A stretch of DNA of 64,000 nucleotides from the human T2T-CHM13v2.0 reference genome, Homo sapiens. The notes beneath the pieces were generated by a model. The model did not search any database. It worked only from the letters and a program-made list of their open reading frames with translations, and was not told the DNA's origin. The stretch lies in the NCBI RefSeq assembly GCF_009914755.1, contig NC_060928.1. One strand, given 5' to 3'. The translations under genes were made by a program, and so were the position numbers. Below, one piece after another: positions 26,991-42,094 of this stretch; within the stretch, counting starts at the first letter, position 1, and every line of letters begins with the position of its first letter.

Positions 26991-27709
26991 GCCATGGTAT
27001 GTGAGAATAAGTAAGTACGGCACCATGTTAAGGGTCTGGGATGTAGTCTACATGCTGTGTTTTGCTACAAACCCCTCTGAGACTATTGCACATGCTGGGG
27101 ACCCTCTCTCCAGAAACCTGCACAGATGCAAGGACTGGCCTAAGTTTGCCTATAATTTTAAGTAGCTCAGACCCCTTAGAGCTTGAACCAAGCTCATAGA
27201 TCACAGATTATAAAATGGGTGTCCGTGGGAACAGAGCGCTTATTTTGGCATAGGCTTTGTAATTCATGAAAGTTTTCTCGTTTTAAAAATTTCTGTCTGA
27301 ATTTCAGATTTGGGTCTGTATTTACCTAATTATTCCATATTGACATAATGACATATATTGGGAAATTTAGAAATGTCCTAGAATCGTCTCTCTACAGAAT
27401 AGAAAAAATCAATTAAAAGTAAACAGAGGCAAGGGGATAGAACAATGAAGTAATCCTAGACTATCGTGAACTCACCTCCCTCTACGTTCTGTTGCCTCAT
27501 TATCTCTCACCTTTCACTGTCTCTCGGTTGCATGCTGCTGTCTCAGCTTAGTTCTTGATTTCTTCCTGCCCAGATACCTTTTATCAGCTCTCCTTTCAGT
27601 TAGCAATAAACCCACCCACTCATCCTCCTCCAGCTGCCTGCTGTGCTTAGTAAAATGATGGAAGCACATTCCCTGCTTCGTATCTTAGGAGGGGACTACG
27701 TTACAGTTC

Positions 27710-27950
27710 AGGGCAGTGGAAACAGTTGTGTCCACTATATCCAGAATGCCTTGAGGTCAAGTTTCAGCTCTGCTCCTTCGTAACTGTGGGGCCTTGGACA
27801 GGTTCCTTAGGGTCTCTAGACATAGCTCTCCTGTGCTTTAAAATGCATATTACTACAATACTTTCCATTTACAGTTGTTGAGAGAATCAACTAATGTTTT
27901 TAAGTGCTCAAAATGGTACCTGCGGCCTACAAAGCGTGTGATTATGTTAG
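27710..27950 (+). mobile_element. MIR SINE
   Basis: CAGCTCTGC...TAACTGTGGGGCCTTGGACAGGTTCCTTA...GTTGTTGAGAGAATCAA...AAGTGCTCAAAATGGTACCTG. Confidence 0.75.
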
Positions 27951-28748
27951 CTCCTCTGTAGAGCACGCCTGGTCTCTACCTACGTGGCCCACATGGCAAG
28001 CAATACAAGTGCTGCTCTTCACACAAGTAGGGTGGGAGAGAGTTGGGAAGCACAATGCTTACACAAACAATCTGCAAGAAACATGCCATTAGCTTATCTA
28101 CTTCCACTTAAGGGACAATTTAGAAAGATATGCGTATCCTGGTAGTTGGAACCGAACTCAGTCTTGTTGCAAGAACAGTTTGAATTCAGCACTTTGAATA
28201 TCAGGTACAATTTAATAAAATAAAAGTAGCAACTTCCTAAAAAATGATGACTTTCATCCCCATGACAGGGCCTATTCCAGGCAAGAAATTGCAGTGATGG
28301 AAGGCAGGCAAGATACTTTTTCTGCTTTTTGTTTTTTTTGTATTTTTCTCCTCTTCTCCGTAAGATATTACTTTGGAAGCTTTCACTGAGGCACTGAGAT
28401 ACAACAGGAAAAAATTTAAAAGCCTGTACAAAGATGCAAATTTCCAAAGGACATTTCTGAACAGAAAACTTCATGACTCTTAAAAACATCTCTTCATTGA
28501 GTTCAAAGATTTAGTTGTTTTTAAATTTTATTCCCAAAAGGGAGATAATATTTGGTGTTACAAATCAAATTTATTTGACTTGGTAATGTATTTAAGGGAA
28601 GAACTTAGCAATTAATAGATCTAAAATAGCATATTTTAAAGTTTCTATTTATTTATTTTACAGATTCTGGAAATAGCTCACACACACATCTTACCTATTC
28701 TTGTTAGTTTGGGCCACATCTGTTTCTGCTTTCAGGTACATTCTAATA

Positions 28749-29250
28749 CAGGTTGAATATCCTTTATCCAAAATGTTTGGGACCACAAGTGTTTCAGATT
28801 TGCAATTTTTTTCAGATTATAAAATATTTGCATTCCTCTACAGGCATTTTGCAGGCCTCTTTAACATTTTCAACAATATGTTTACACCACATATCAGAGA
28901 ATGAGCAAGAAACACAGTGAGTATTGCCCATAGGTCTTGACCCTATGTGGGACATCTTGGAGAAACTGTCAGTGGCACATCTGGCCTGCACACGTGCCAC
29001 TTTATTATCCTTCATGGGTGCTTTGGTGGGAGAATCTGGACATGCACCAAAAAGATATATTGTAGCTGACAGGGTCTAGGGGGATATTTTTTCCTTTGGG
29101 GACTCAGAATAGACTGTGTTGTGTATTTGTGTTTTGACTGTGTTTTTAGGTCAGGTATGGAATTTTCCCCTGACAGTGTTATAGCTCAGAAAATTTCAAA
29201 TTTTGGAGCGTTTCAAATACCAGGTGTTTGAATTAAAGATGCTCAGCCCA
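28749..29250 (+). mobile_element. Tigger4 (Zombi/MER46-type) non-autonomous Tc1-mariner DNA transposon
   Basis: TIRs CAGGTTGAATATCC...AGATGCTCAGCCCA with TA on both sides (28747-48 and 29251-52). The 5' end CAAAATGTTTGGGACCACAAGTGTTTCAGATTT matches recalled Tigger4. Confidence 0.85.
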
Positions 29251-31009
29251 TAGTGTGAATGTTTTCAGTGGGGCTTCTCTTGTAGAGGGATACATTCTGA
29301 GACTCATGTTTAGACTTTCAAGGGTGTCATTGATTACAAGAGCTCGGAAGTCTGTGTTAGTTTGAAGCTATTTGGTCCTGACTATTTTTAAAATGCAGTA
29401 TATTTACTAAGATTGTTTCTTCAAATATCTGTTGAAATCAAAGTAAAAAAATAACAATAAGGTGTTACTTGGCTTTTCTCTATTTGTTGCATGTACCTCT
29501 CATAGGTCTGGCTCAATGGTATGATTAGTAAGGGCAGAATCTGAGTAATCTTGGATTTTTCTGATTATGGATTCAGGATCAGAAGAGGAAACAATGATAT
29601 GTCATGTCATTATCTTCCTAATGCCAGTTAATGCCATTTCAACATCATAGTTTATAAAATGTTTACCTGAACTTATTTATTTCCAGGATATTCAGTATGC
29701 ATATTATTATAATAGCTTACATCTAATTCCAAGCATCATTTCAAGTTTTAATCTTTGTAATTATCACCCATTTTTAAGGAAAAAACCTAGATACTATCTA
29801 AAAAAGAACAATCTCTTTATTGAACTATTAATATTAAAATGGGATACCCCAGTTACATTAATTACCTACATTTAATTTTTATTTTAAATTTAAGTTTAAA
29901 TTTAAATATTGTTTTAATTTCATTGTTATTTGCTTATTTTTTTCTCTAATTGGAAAAATGAGTAGACTTCCATATACACATATAAAGCAAAGCCCAATAA
30001 GCAAAATATCATATTTAGTTGATATTTATATGCATAATTTTACATTTACCACGAATAAAGAAAAATCTTGCCAATTATGTTTTTATGTTAACCATTGTAA
30101 GACTCAAGCTAATTTCACAGTTGTTAAAAATGTGAAAGCATATGCAGTTGATAAATTAAGAGACTACTGCCTGTTATAAGCAGGGACAATTATGAACAAA
30201 TTTTAGTCTCCAGATCGCTTTCATAAAATGTCTTAATCTAAACCTAGAGTCTCTAAAGTAAGTAAAATACAATTTAACACTTTGAAAATAAACACACATA
30301 CATGTTATTAAATCCTATTAAATTATTTGATAAATGAAGTGTTCATAAATAAGGATACTCAAATTTTAAATATGACATAATATTTTATAAATTATTGAAC
30401 TTCCATTATTTAGTTTAGCAAATGTTGCAAACTAGGTAATGTTACAGAAAGTCACTATCATAAATTAAGTCAAAATGTAACTGAGTTTAAATCAACCATG
30501 CTCTCTTAAGACCTCTAAACCAATCATATTTAGGCTGAATGTCGAAAGAACTGCAAATGTCTCCTCAGCTTTTATAATTCAGGGAGATATGTCTGGGCTT
30601 ACATCCTAACAATTCCTTTCCTTCTTCCCGTGGGAATGAGACATTTAAGAACATTTAGAGTAAGGAGTCATCATTTATTTTAAATTATCCCCTTCCATTA
30701 ATCACAGTAATTTCTTCTTTTATCTCCTATACTTGTTCCCAATACATCCTATGTAGCAACAACTTAGAGTTATATAAAACATCTAGACCATGGTAAGTAA
30801 CATTAGTAAGGACTTCTAAGTTTAATAATTAATTTTGTTCCTTCAAGTAATAAGAAAATGTTGAAAATTTGGTCCTTCCTCAGGACATGCTTGAAAAACA
30901 AAGCAATACTAGACTCCTACATATCAATTAAAAATGTCAAATACCACAATAAAATACTAGAAGATAAACAAACAAGTGAAACTGTATTGTAATGCCATTT
31001 AAGAAAATT

Positions 31010-31275
31010 GTTGCTAGAGATAGATCAAGTAAGAAAACACACAAACAGCCCACCCACAAAAGCTTACATTTTTGTGAATGGCAAGAGAAGAAAACAGAAA
31101 ATCAACGAACAAGTAAATATACAATATGTCAAGTGAAAGATCCCACGTGGAAAGGTAAAGCAGTTTAAGAAGACAGCAAGAACAGCGACAGTGAGTCGTC
31201 ACATAAAATGAGCAGGTGAGGCCTGTCTGATGCAGAGACAAATGAGCAAATATTTGAAGGAACTAAAATAGTAGG

Positions 31276-31326
<51 letters not shown>

Positions 31327-31730
31327 ATCTTTTATATATATAAAATAATATGTATAAAATAACATATTATATATAATTTATACATAAAATAACATATATG
31401 GGATATATATATGGGATAAAAATGTTTTTGAAAAAGGAAGTACTTTGCAGACAGAAAAATAGCAGGTGCAAGTCCCTAATGTAAGAATGTGGTTGTTACA
31501 AGGGAGAAGTGGCAAAGCCAGTTTGTGTGCAGCAGCAAGAGGAGGGAGTGGGAATGGGTCAGTGATGGGGAGTGGAAGGGCGAGAGGATACTATGGAGCC
31601 CTGGAGGTTATATTCAGGATATTGGATTTGACTTGGAGTCATGTAAGATGCCTTGAAATATTTTTGGTGGATGAGTGCAAAGTCTGATGAAATGTTAAAG
31701 AATGATTTTGGTTGTTCTGAAAACAATCTA
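31010..31730 (-). mobile_element. L2 LINE fragment interrupted by microsatellites
   Basis: AAGCTTACATTTTTGTG...AAGTAAATATACAATATGTCAAGTG and AATAGCAGGTGCAAGTCCCTAATGTAAGAATGTG are typical of reverse L2. Confidence 0.65.
31276..31326. repeat. (ATCT)12 tetranucleotide STR (GATA type)
   Basis: Perfect 51-nt ATCT run. Confidence 0.97.
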
Positions 31731-32645
31731 AAAATTAACCCTTTAAACCCTTTAAACTAATGCAAAATTATACAACGAGAGGAGTTTTTTGTCCATCAAC
31801 GTGGCAGAATAATTTAAAATATTGAAAGCATGTGATTGTTAAAAAGAATGAAGAAGACAAACATATTGGCATGGGAATACATTAAATATATTTTGAGTAC
31901 AAAATCAACACAAAAATATGTAAATTATTTTATATGCCTTTAAACATACAGAACATTGTCGGTAAGGCTACCCACTACAGTGGACCATCACAACATCTTG
32001 AAAAAAGAGTAGGAATGAAGACTGGGTTTAGAATTGTTCTTCTGAAACATATTGCCTGAATAGCAATTAAGAATTTTAACACCATGAATTTTGTATATCA
32101 CCCAGGATTTATTATGAGGAATTTTTAAATAAATTATAATGTATGAGTAAAACAAAAAAGTTATATTTTAATTTTTTAGGTTCATATTATATAAAGTTTC
32201 TATAATAGTATAAATATATTGACTATATAATTGGAAAATATATTCAAAATAAAGTATTATTTAGATGACATGTATATATATCAGACTCCAAATAAAAATT
32301 TACCATTTTTAAGAATGACAATAATAGGAAAATATGAAAAGTTTACCTTGTAGTATCCCCCTCTCCCCCACCCTTCCTTACATACATGTGAACACTTCCA
32401 CACCTCCAACAGCAGTACAAATGCATCGTCCTTTTGAATGGGATGTGAATACCGACACTGCAGAAAGTATCATTAAGTCAAAGAAGGTTTATCTTACTTT
32501 CTGAATTAACTAATTTTTTTGTCCTACATATAAAACATTATTTTATGTATATTAATATATTCATTAAAATTTTAACAAAAATATTTATAATTATTATAAT
32601 AACACTTGAATCTATCTCAGTTCATATCAACAAGATAAACAATAG

Positions 32646-32948
<303 letters not shown>

Positions 32949-32969
32949 AACAATAATATTTTTAAAGTC

Positions 32970-33332
32970 CTTTTTCATGTGTTCTTTCCTCTGCCTGAAA
33001 TGTTCTCCCCCAAGATTATCTGCATGACTTGCTTCTTATTCTTTCAAATTTCTGCTCAAATGTAACCTCCTCAGATTACAATTCTATCTGAAATGGTACC
33101 ATTCTTCACATTCTATCCCTTCTGTGTTTATTTATTCTTCGTAGCATTTACCACCAAAAAGTCTATCTGTTTATTTGTTGCCTTATAGTCTTACCCTCTC
33201 ACATTGGAAAGAAGCTCCGTTATTTCCAGGGATTTATCTTACTTACTCTTATATCTACAGTTTTAAAAGGCAGGCTGACATGTAGTAGGTATTCAATAAA
33301 TGTATTAGGACTGATTGAAAGAATGAATGAAT
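32970..33332 (+). mobile_element. L2 3' end
   Basis: CCTCTGCCTGAAATGTTCTCCCCC...CTGCTCAAATGTAACCTCCTCAG...TAGTAGGTATTCAATAAATG...GAATGAATGAA, the L2 terminal repeat. Confidence 0.85.
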
Positions 33333-34459
33333 TTTTAAAGATTTTCACCAAGATAACTGGTTGCTTTTTGTTTGTTTATTTGTTTCTTTATCTTTGATAT
33401 CTTTATTTAAGAAAGTGGATAACCCTTATACTTCACTTCCTATAAAACAGAGAATTTATAACTCAGAGTTGAGTCTATTAGTTGCTAATTAAACAGAAAT
33501 ACGATGTCAAGAACTTATAAATTTGAACATTTCAACTTGAGAAAGAATGAGGATAGAATTCTTAATAAATAATTGGTTGGATTCTCAGGCCAGGTCTTTC
33601 CTTGATACGTCCCATGTCTAGTAGTAGCTATTGGCTTGTATCTCCCTGTTTTTAAATCTAAAAGAAAAAGGAATGTTCTATCTTATTATTACTAAAAAAT
33701 CTGAAATTATTGCTTGCAAGGCCTCATTTGTCTGTATAAATCAATAACTCAAGGGAAGGGGATACGCTACTGTAAAAGGACCTAGATCATGCGCACACTG
33801 CTAGTGAGAATAAACTCCATCCAAGACATAGACATGGAGTTAGAGTTGGGTGATAAATCAAGATTCGGTTATCATAACAAGGGGAATATGGATGGTCAAC
33901 TGAAGAAACAAAAAGAAGTATAACAATTTTCCACAATACTTAAGAAAATCATTGGCTACAATAAATGCATAAAACTGTTGGCAATGTATCTCCTTCCATT
34001 ACCAATCAGTCTTGCTATGAAATCTTGATATATTATTGCTAGTAATAAAAGTTTTGATATATTGGTTCTGAAGTGATAAGCCTAGGCAATTTCAAATACT
34101 GAATACATTTATATGAGAAGATACTTGAGCAAGGCTATTTGAATTAATAGATATGGCCATTACTCATATGAACATTATCATAAAGATTATTTTTTAAAAT
34201 CACCAATCTCATTACAAAACTTATTTTACACGTTAATCCCTTGTTAAGAGCTGTGCACTTCAGTGTGCAAAGCTAGTTTTGTATTGCTGACGATTAAGTC
34301 CAGAGAATATTAAAAGGATGAATACCCAGTGGTGACTTTTACGGATTTTGCAACGCTAAATAAAAATTAGCAGGTCTTGCTCCTTTGCAATGAGTAAAAT
34401 ATGTGTTATTAGGTATTCAAAGTAAAAGTTATTTATTTGCTAAAATGCACGGTTTTTTT

Positions 34460-36030
34460 CTACTTAACATTGTACTAAAAGTTCTAGCCAGGACAATTCA
34501 GCAAGAAAAAGAAATAAAAGACTTCTGAATTGGAAAGGAGGAAGTAAAAATATCTTTATTTAAAAATGACATGATCTGTATACGGAAAATCATAAAGAAT
34601 ACACATATGCATACACACACATAACTATTAGCACTAATAATCAATTTCAGCAATGTTGCAGAATAAAAGATCAATCTACAAAATTCACTTGTCTTTCTGA
34701 ACAATAGCAATAAATAATTCCAAGATCAAAGTCAGAGAATAATTTCATTCACAATAGCATCAAAAAGAATAAAACATTCAGGAATAATTTTAACAAAAAT
34801 TTGAAGAGGAAGTCTGAAAATCACAAATATCATTGAAAAAATTAAAGAAAATAGAGAGATATCCCCACATTCGTATCTCAAAAAATTTATAGTAGAAATA
34901 TATCCCCACATTCACACTCCTGCATTTAATGTAAGGCTTGATATTATTCAGCTGTAAATATTCTTCATATTGATCTACACATTCAATGAAATCCCTATAA
35001 ATTCCAGCCTTTTTTTTTTTGCAGAAATTGACAAGCTGATTGTAAAATTCATATGAAAATTTAAGGAACTCAAAATAGCATTAAAAAAAATCTTGAAGTA
35101 CAAAAACAAACTTTGAGGAATCACACTTCTTGGTTTCAAAACTTACTAGAAAGCTACAATATTCAAGATGATATGATACTGATTTAAGGCTAGAAAGGTA
35201 GATTAAAGAAATAGAATTGAGACTCCAGAATCAGTCTTTACATTATGGTTAACAATTTTTGAAAAGGACGCCAATCTAATTCAGTGGCAAAAGAATAGAC
35301 TATGCAAAAAATAATGGTAGGAAAACTAGATAGTCACATGCAAAAGAAGTTGGAACCTTAAATAATTTACCAAAATTTATTTAAAATGGATCAGATATCT
35401 AAATGTAAGCATTAAAACTACAAAATTTTTAGAAGAAAACATAGGAGTAAACCTTCATAACCTTGAATTAGGAAATGGTTCTTAGCCACAACACTGAAAG
35501 CACAAACAATAAAAGAAATAATAGGTAAATTGGATTTCATCAGAATCCAATATCTATGGATTTCAAAGGATACCATTAACAAGGACAGCCCACAGAATGA
35601 AAGAAAATACTTGAAAATCATATATCTGATAAATGACTTGTATTCAGAATATATAAAGAACACTTACAACAATAAAAAGACAAATGACCATAACTCAATT
35701 AAAATAAACAAATAATTTGAATAGACATTTCACCAAACACACACAAACACACACACACACACACACACGATCAATTAGAACACAGAAAGATGTATGGTGT
35801 AATTAGTCATTAGGGAGATACAAATCAAAATCACAATGAGGTTTTACTTCATAAGCATTAAGATAGCTAAAATCAAAAAGAAAAATTCACATACATTTGA
35901 AAGAGTAAGGAGAAATTACATGCAGCCATTTTGCAAAATAGTTTGTCATTTTCCCAAAATATCAAAAATAAAGTTGTACTATTTATTACCCAGCAATTTC
36001 ACTCCTAAGTATTTATATCTAAGAGAATTT
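34460..36030 (+). mobile_element. Old L1M fragment (ORF2 3' region)
   Basis: AACATTGTACTAAAAGTTCTAGCCAGGACAATTCAGCAAGAAAAAGAAATAAAAG and downstream ORF2 motifs. Contains (CA)n at ~35737-35768. Confidence 0.85.
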
Positions 36031-36163
36031 GCAATTTTCTAATTAAAATGCTGAACATCTTTTATATGACTGTTTTTTAATTTGTAGGTCTTTTTAAGGG
36101 TGGTGTTGATTCAGAACTCTTGTTTTTTGTTTTTAATTTGGCTATTCACTTCCTTCTTGTTAA

Positions 36164-36552
<389 letters not shown>

Positions 36553-39435
36553 GTCCATGGCTTGTTTTTTATCCTCCTGCTAGTGTTTTTTTACAAGGCC
36601 ATGTTTTTAAAATTTTAGTAAAGTCCAATATTGTAATTTTTGCCCATGAATTATGCTATTTTTATATTTGAAAACTCACCTGCAAAGCCAAGGCCAGGTA
36701 GATTTTCTTCTCTGTTTATTTCATGATGTTTTATATTTTTTCATTTTAGGATGTATTTTAAACTGATTTTTGTGTAAGTTCGATTTCATTGGTGCATTTT
36801 CTCTCTCTCTCTCTCTATATATATATATCCAATTATTCCAGTACTGTGTGTTAAAAATCCTTCTATTTCTCTATTGAATTGCCCTTGCTCTTTTGTGAAA
36901 GACCAGTTGACTACATTTATGTTGGTCTGTTTCAATTTCTGTATTCTCTTCAATGATCTTTTTCTTTTCCAGTATCACACTGTCTTGATAACTGTAGCCT
37001 TATAGTAATTCTTGAAATTGGCTACCTTAAATCTTCCAAATTAGCTCTTTTTTAGTATTGTGCTGGCTACACTAGGTCTTTCTACCTTGAGATTGAGTCG
37101 AATCTACGTATCAAGTTAAGAGAATTGGCATCTTAATAATATGGAGTCTTTCAATATATGGATATGAACTCTCTATTTATAGAAATCTCTGCTTCTTTTT
37201 TAAATCAGAGTTTTAAGTTTTCACATATAGCTCTTGTATATATTTTGCTAGACTTATTATACCTAAGTGTTTCATTTGGGGGTATTAATATAAATGGTAT
37301 TTCTTATTTTAAATACCAATTGTCAATTGCTGACAGAAAGCAATGGGCATTTGTATGTTTTACCTTGTGTTCTACAACCTTGTTATACTTGTTTATGAGT
37401 TCCATGAGTTACCCTGTTAATTCTTAGGGCTTTTGTAAAGTAGATAAATCTCATCTTTGAAAGGAAACATATTAATATCTTCCTTCTCAATTGGTATGCC
37501 ATTTATTTCAGTGGGTGGGGTGGGGTGCTCAGAATGTCCAGTATATTGTTGAGTAGACGTAGTGAGAGAAATCATCCTCCTTTTTTCCTAATCTATACTG
37601 GGAAAGTGTTCATTGTCTAACCATAAAAATGAAGTTAGTTCATTTTTGTAGATTTTTAAGAATCAAGTTGAAGAACTTTTTTTATTTTCCTTTAACTAAG
37701 AAATTTTAACATACATGGGCATTAGATGTTGTCAATTTCTTTTGCATCAATTACTATAATCATATGACCTTTTTTTAATCCTTGATGTGAATTACATTGA
37801 TTGATTTTAATATATTGAAACATTTCTGTATACCTAGAATAAATCCCTCTTGGCCATGGTGTATACTTATTTTTATACATTGTTGGATTTGATTTCTAAT
37901 ATTTCCTTGAGTATTTTTGCTTTCATGTTCACGAGAGATATTAGCCTGTAGTTTTCCTTTCTTGTGAAGTCTTCATCTGTTTTGATGTTAGGATAACACT
38001 GGACTAACAGAATACGTTATAGAGTATTTTCTCTGCTCCTAGTTACTGGGAGTGATTTCTTAAAATTAAGCTCATTTTCTCCTTAAATGGTTGGTTGAAT
38101 TCAGCTGTGTTTCTCTAATAGCTACATGACTATTCAGGTTGTCTATGTCTCCTTGTCAAAGTTCTGGTTGTTTGCGTATTTTAAGAAATTAGTTCATTTC
38201 TTCTATCAGATTTGTGGACATAAAAATATTGTTCATTATATTTCTATTTTATCCTACTCAATGCTCATACTATATGTAGTGATGATCCCCCTTTTACTTG
38301 TGATCTTGGTAATTTATATATATATATTTTTTCTTATTTAGCCTACATAGAGGATTGTCAATATCCTTAGATTAAAAAAAAAAACAAGTATTGTTTTTGT
38401 TAATTTTCTCTATTGTCTTGTTTTTTGTCTCATTAATTTCTGCTAATTGTGAATTATTTCTTTTCTTTTGCTTGCTTTAAGCTTAAATTAGACTTCTTTC
38501 TTTGTTTACCAAACTGGAAGCTTCAGTTACTAATTTTTGAGCTTTTCTATTTTCTAACATAGGCATTTAATGTGATACATTTCCTTTTAAGCACTGCTTT
38601 TTGTTGCATGCAATATTTTTATGGGTTAGATTTTTATTTAGTTCAAAAATATTTAAACATTTTTCTTAGTACTTCTTTGACTTTTGTTTTACTGAGAAGT
38701 GTATCTTTAAAATATCTGAAGATTTTCCAGGTATCTTTCAGTTTTTGATTTTAACTTTGAGTGCTTTGTATTCTAAGAATGTTTATTGTTCGATTTCTCA
38801 TACTTTAATTTTTTTACATGTAGTTCATGGCACTGAATGTTGTCTGTCCTGGTAAATGTTTCTTGTAAACTTGAGAAGAATAGGTATTCTTTTGTTTATG
38901 GATTAAGTATTTCTAGAATACTTAATTAGATCAAGTTGATTGATAATGTTGCTCAGGACAATTACTTCTTTCCAGATTTTCTGGCTTTTTGATTTGTAAA
39001 TTACAAGCTGTTGTTGAAGTCTCTATGTTCTGTATTGAATTTGTCTCTTTCTCCTGCTACTGTTGTCAGTGTTTACCCCTGGTTGTTTGATGATTTTTTG
39101 TTAGAACCGTATCTGTTTGTGTTAGGTATTCTTAAAGAATAGACTCCTTTACTCTTTATCACTGATAATTTCCCTTCTGATGTCTGCTTTTTCTGAAATT
39201 AATATAGTTACTGTTACTTTCTTTTGATTAGTGCTATCATATCTTTATCAAACACTTTATTTTTCATTGTACCAGAATATTTATATTTAAAGTGGGTTTT
39301 GTAGATAACATATAGCTGTGTGATGTGGAATGTTTTTGTATCATTCTGACAATTTTTCTGTAATTGATGAATTACAATCTTTCACATTTAAAATGATTAT
39401 TGATATATTTAGATTAATGTTAATCATTTTTGTAA

Positions 39436-39745
<310 letters not shown>

Positions 39746-40259
39746 ACGACTTCCTTTTCTATCTTCTTTTTTTAATTGAGCATTTTATAATTCCATCTTA
39801 TCTCCCCTCTAAGTGTTTCCATTATATCTCCTTCAAAAAAGTTGTCACTGTTTGCCTAGAGTTTATCCATACAATCTACATTTTTTAAGTAAAATTTTTC
39901 CCATCTATTGAGCGTATACTCTGTGACACTTATTGGATGATTATGTGCGACATCTCTAAGTTGAGCAATGGGCTTTCACTAACATGCCAACTTTCCAGGA
40001 TTCCAAGGAAACATCCTTGTATACAAAAAAAATTGTTTCTTAGAGAAGCTCAGCGATATGCCCAAGACCTACAGTTCTCAAGTTGTAGAACTGCAATTCT
40101 AACCCACTGAGCTCTTTTCACCACTCAGGATTATAGTAGTTTGGAATTGCTCTGTATCACATACTTATCATTACTAAAATATATGTTTGATGCTATAAAT
40201 GTCCACTTAATTTCAAAATCTGAAATCCGTATTGCTGAGCTCTCTTCTCAGAGAACAGC

Positions 40260-40530
40260 AGTGCACAGTGATTAGCACAATGAACTCCAAAGCTGGGGAG
40301 TCTCTTTTCCAATCTCAGCTCTGCCACTTAAAGCTGGGGAGTCTCTTTTCCAATCTCAGCTCTGCCACTTACTTTGGGTATAGCCTGGGGTAGTGTCTTA
40401 AATTTTCTTTGGTTCTGTTTCTTTATCTCTAGGATGGCGCAGATAATAGTAACACTTATATTAAGGGGCCTCTGTGAGCCTGCATGATGCCCTTAGGACA
40501 ACTCCTGGTGAACAGTTAAGCACTCAGAAA
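40260..40530 (+). mobile_element. MIR SINE containing a perfect 41-bp tandem duplication
   Basis: AATCTCAGCTCTGCCACTTAC...GATAATAGTAAC...CCTGGTGAACAGTTAAGCACTCA. Duplicate copies at 40289-40329 and 40330-40370. Confidence 0.8.
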
Positions 40531-41282
40531 ATGAGACCATTTAGCAATTCTCAGGGGATTGAGCATTCTCTGTATTTGAGCATTCTCCTGGGCCTTGGTT
40601 TATCTCAATATATTCTCATGTTTTTTATTTATACATTGAACAAAGGCTTACTCAGACCTTCCAGGTGGTTGCTGCAGTGCATTCATTGGTGATATGCACA
40701 CCAATAAACACATAACATAGCGCACGGAAGAACGGCATGACCAACATTTGCTCAGCTCTTTACAGTTTACAAGGACATGTAGTATTTACAGTGCTAACTG
40801 TCACATGCTATTTTAGACTCACATACGTAAGCTTGAAATGCTTCAGTGGCCAAATCCAAGTTGAGAATGTTGGAAATAGTGTAACAAGAGGCAAACCAAA
40901 TGGGTTGTTTGCCTCCTTTCTTTTCCTAATGTTTTTATTGATGTAAAATACACATAGCATAAAATTTTCCATCTTAACCATTTTTAAGTAAAGAATGTAG
41001 TGGTATTAAATACATTCATAATATACAGCCATCACTGCAATCCCTCTCCATAACTTTTTTCATGTTATAAACTGAAACTCTCTACCCATTAAACAATAAT
41101 TCCTCATTATCCCCTTCTCCAAGTCATTGGCAACCACTGTTCTGCCTTCTGTCTCTATGATTTTGACTACCTCATACAAGTGGATTCAGACAGTATTTGT
41201 CTTTTTCTGACTGACTTATTTCATATAACAATGTCTTCAAGGTTTATCCTTCTTATAGCTTATATCAAAACTTCCTACTGCT

Positions 41283-42059
41283 TGAGGACTAAGCTCAGAT
41301 TTTTTTATCTTACCAAATTCCTGCCTAAGGGGTTTAGGGAGTCATGCCCTACAAACCATAAATTCTCATCAGATGGGTTTTATTTGACCCTATATATTGT
41401 GACTTACTTTTCAGTCTGACACTGGCATAACATTATGAGACAAGGGAAAAATATTTTACCCCAAAATATATTTCCTTGCCATACTTTGAAATTGCTCTGC
41501 AAAGTCTCTTGTGGGAAAAATTCACATTCTATAGAAAATCCGCTTCCCCTTTTGTTTTCCTTCCTTTCTTTCCAAATCCAGGAGATAATCAAGTAAGAGC
41601 CAGGCACCCTTTTAAGTCTGAGTAAGAAACAATTTAAAAACTGCTCTCTCTGAAGTCAGCTGAGAGCTTCCTCTGCACGATAAAACTTGGTCTCCACAAT
41701 CCTTTATCTTTAACCTGAACATTCCTTTCTATCCCTATGGATCCCATGTCTTTAGACAAACTCAACCAATCGTCAACCAGAAAATGTTTAAATTTACCTA
41801 TAGCCTGGAACCCCCACCCCTGCCCCCCTGTAGCTTTGAATTGTCCCACCTTTCTGAACCAAATCAATGTATTTCTTAAATCTATTTGATTGACATCTCA
41901 TGCCTCCCTAAAATATATAAAGCCAAATTGCACCCCAACCACCTTGGACACATGTTCTCAGGACCTACTAAGGGCTGTGTCATGGGCCATGGTCCTTCAT
42001 ATTTGACTCAGAATAAATCTCTTAAAATATTTTACCAAGTTTCACTCTTTTTGTCAACA
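41283..42059 (+). mobile_element. MER4E/MER4E1-type solo LTR (ERV1)
   Basis: Starts TGAGGACTAAGCTCAGATTTTTTTATCTT and ends GAATAAATCTCTT...TTTTGTCAACA. GCT(T) is duplicated at the flanks. Confidence 0.85.
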
Positions 42060-42094
42060 GCTTTAAGGCTGAAAAATATTCTGTTGTTTGTATG

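Noticed and set aside
28094-28489. 131-aa ATG-initiated minus-strand ORF
   Set aside because: No recognisable domain, a lysine run derived from a poly(T) tract, and no supporting splice or promoter structure. Plausible by chance in 64 kb.
33812-33875. Two small adjacent stem-loops (AACTCCAT...ATGGAGTT and TGATAA...TTATCA)
   Set aside because: Stems of 6-8 bp, and I see no convincing tRNA, snoRNA or miRNA architecture.
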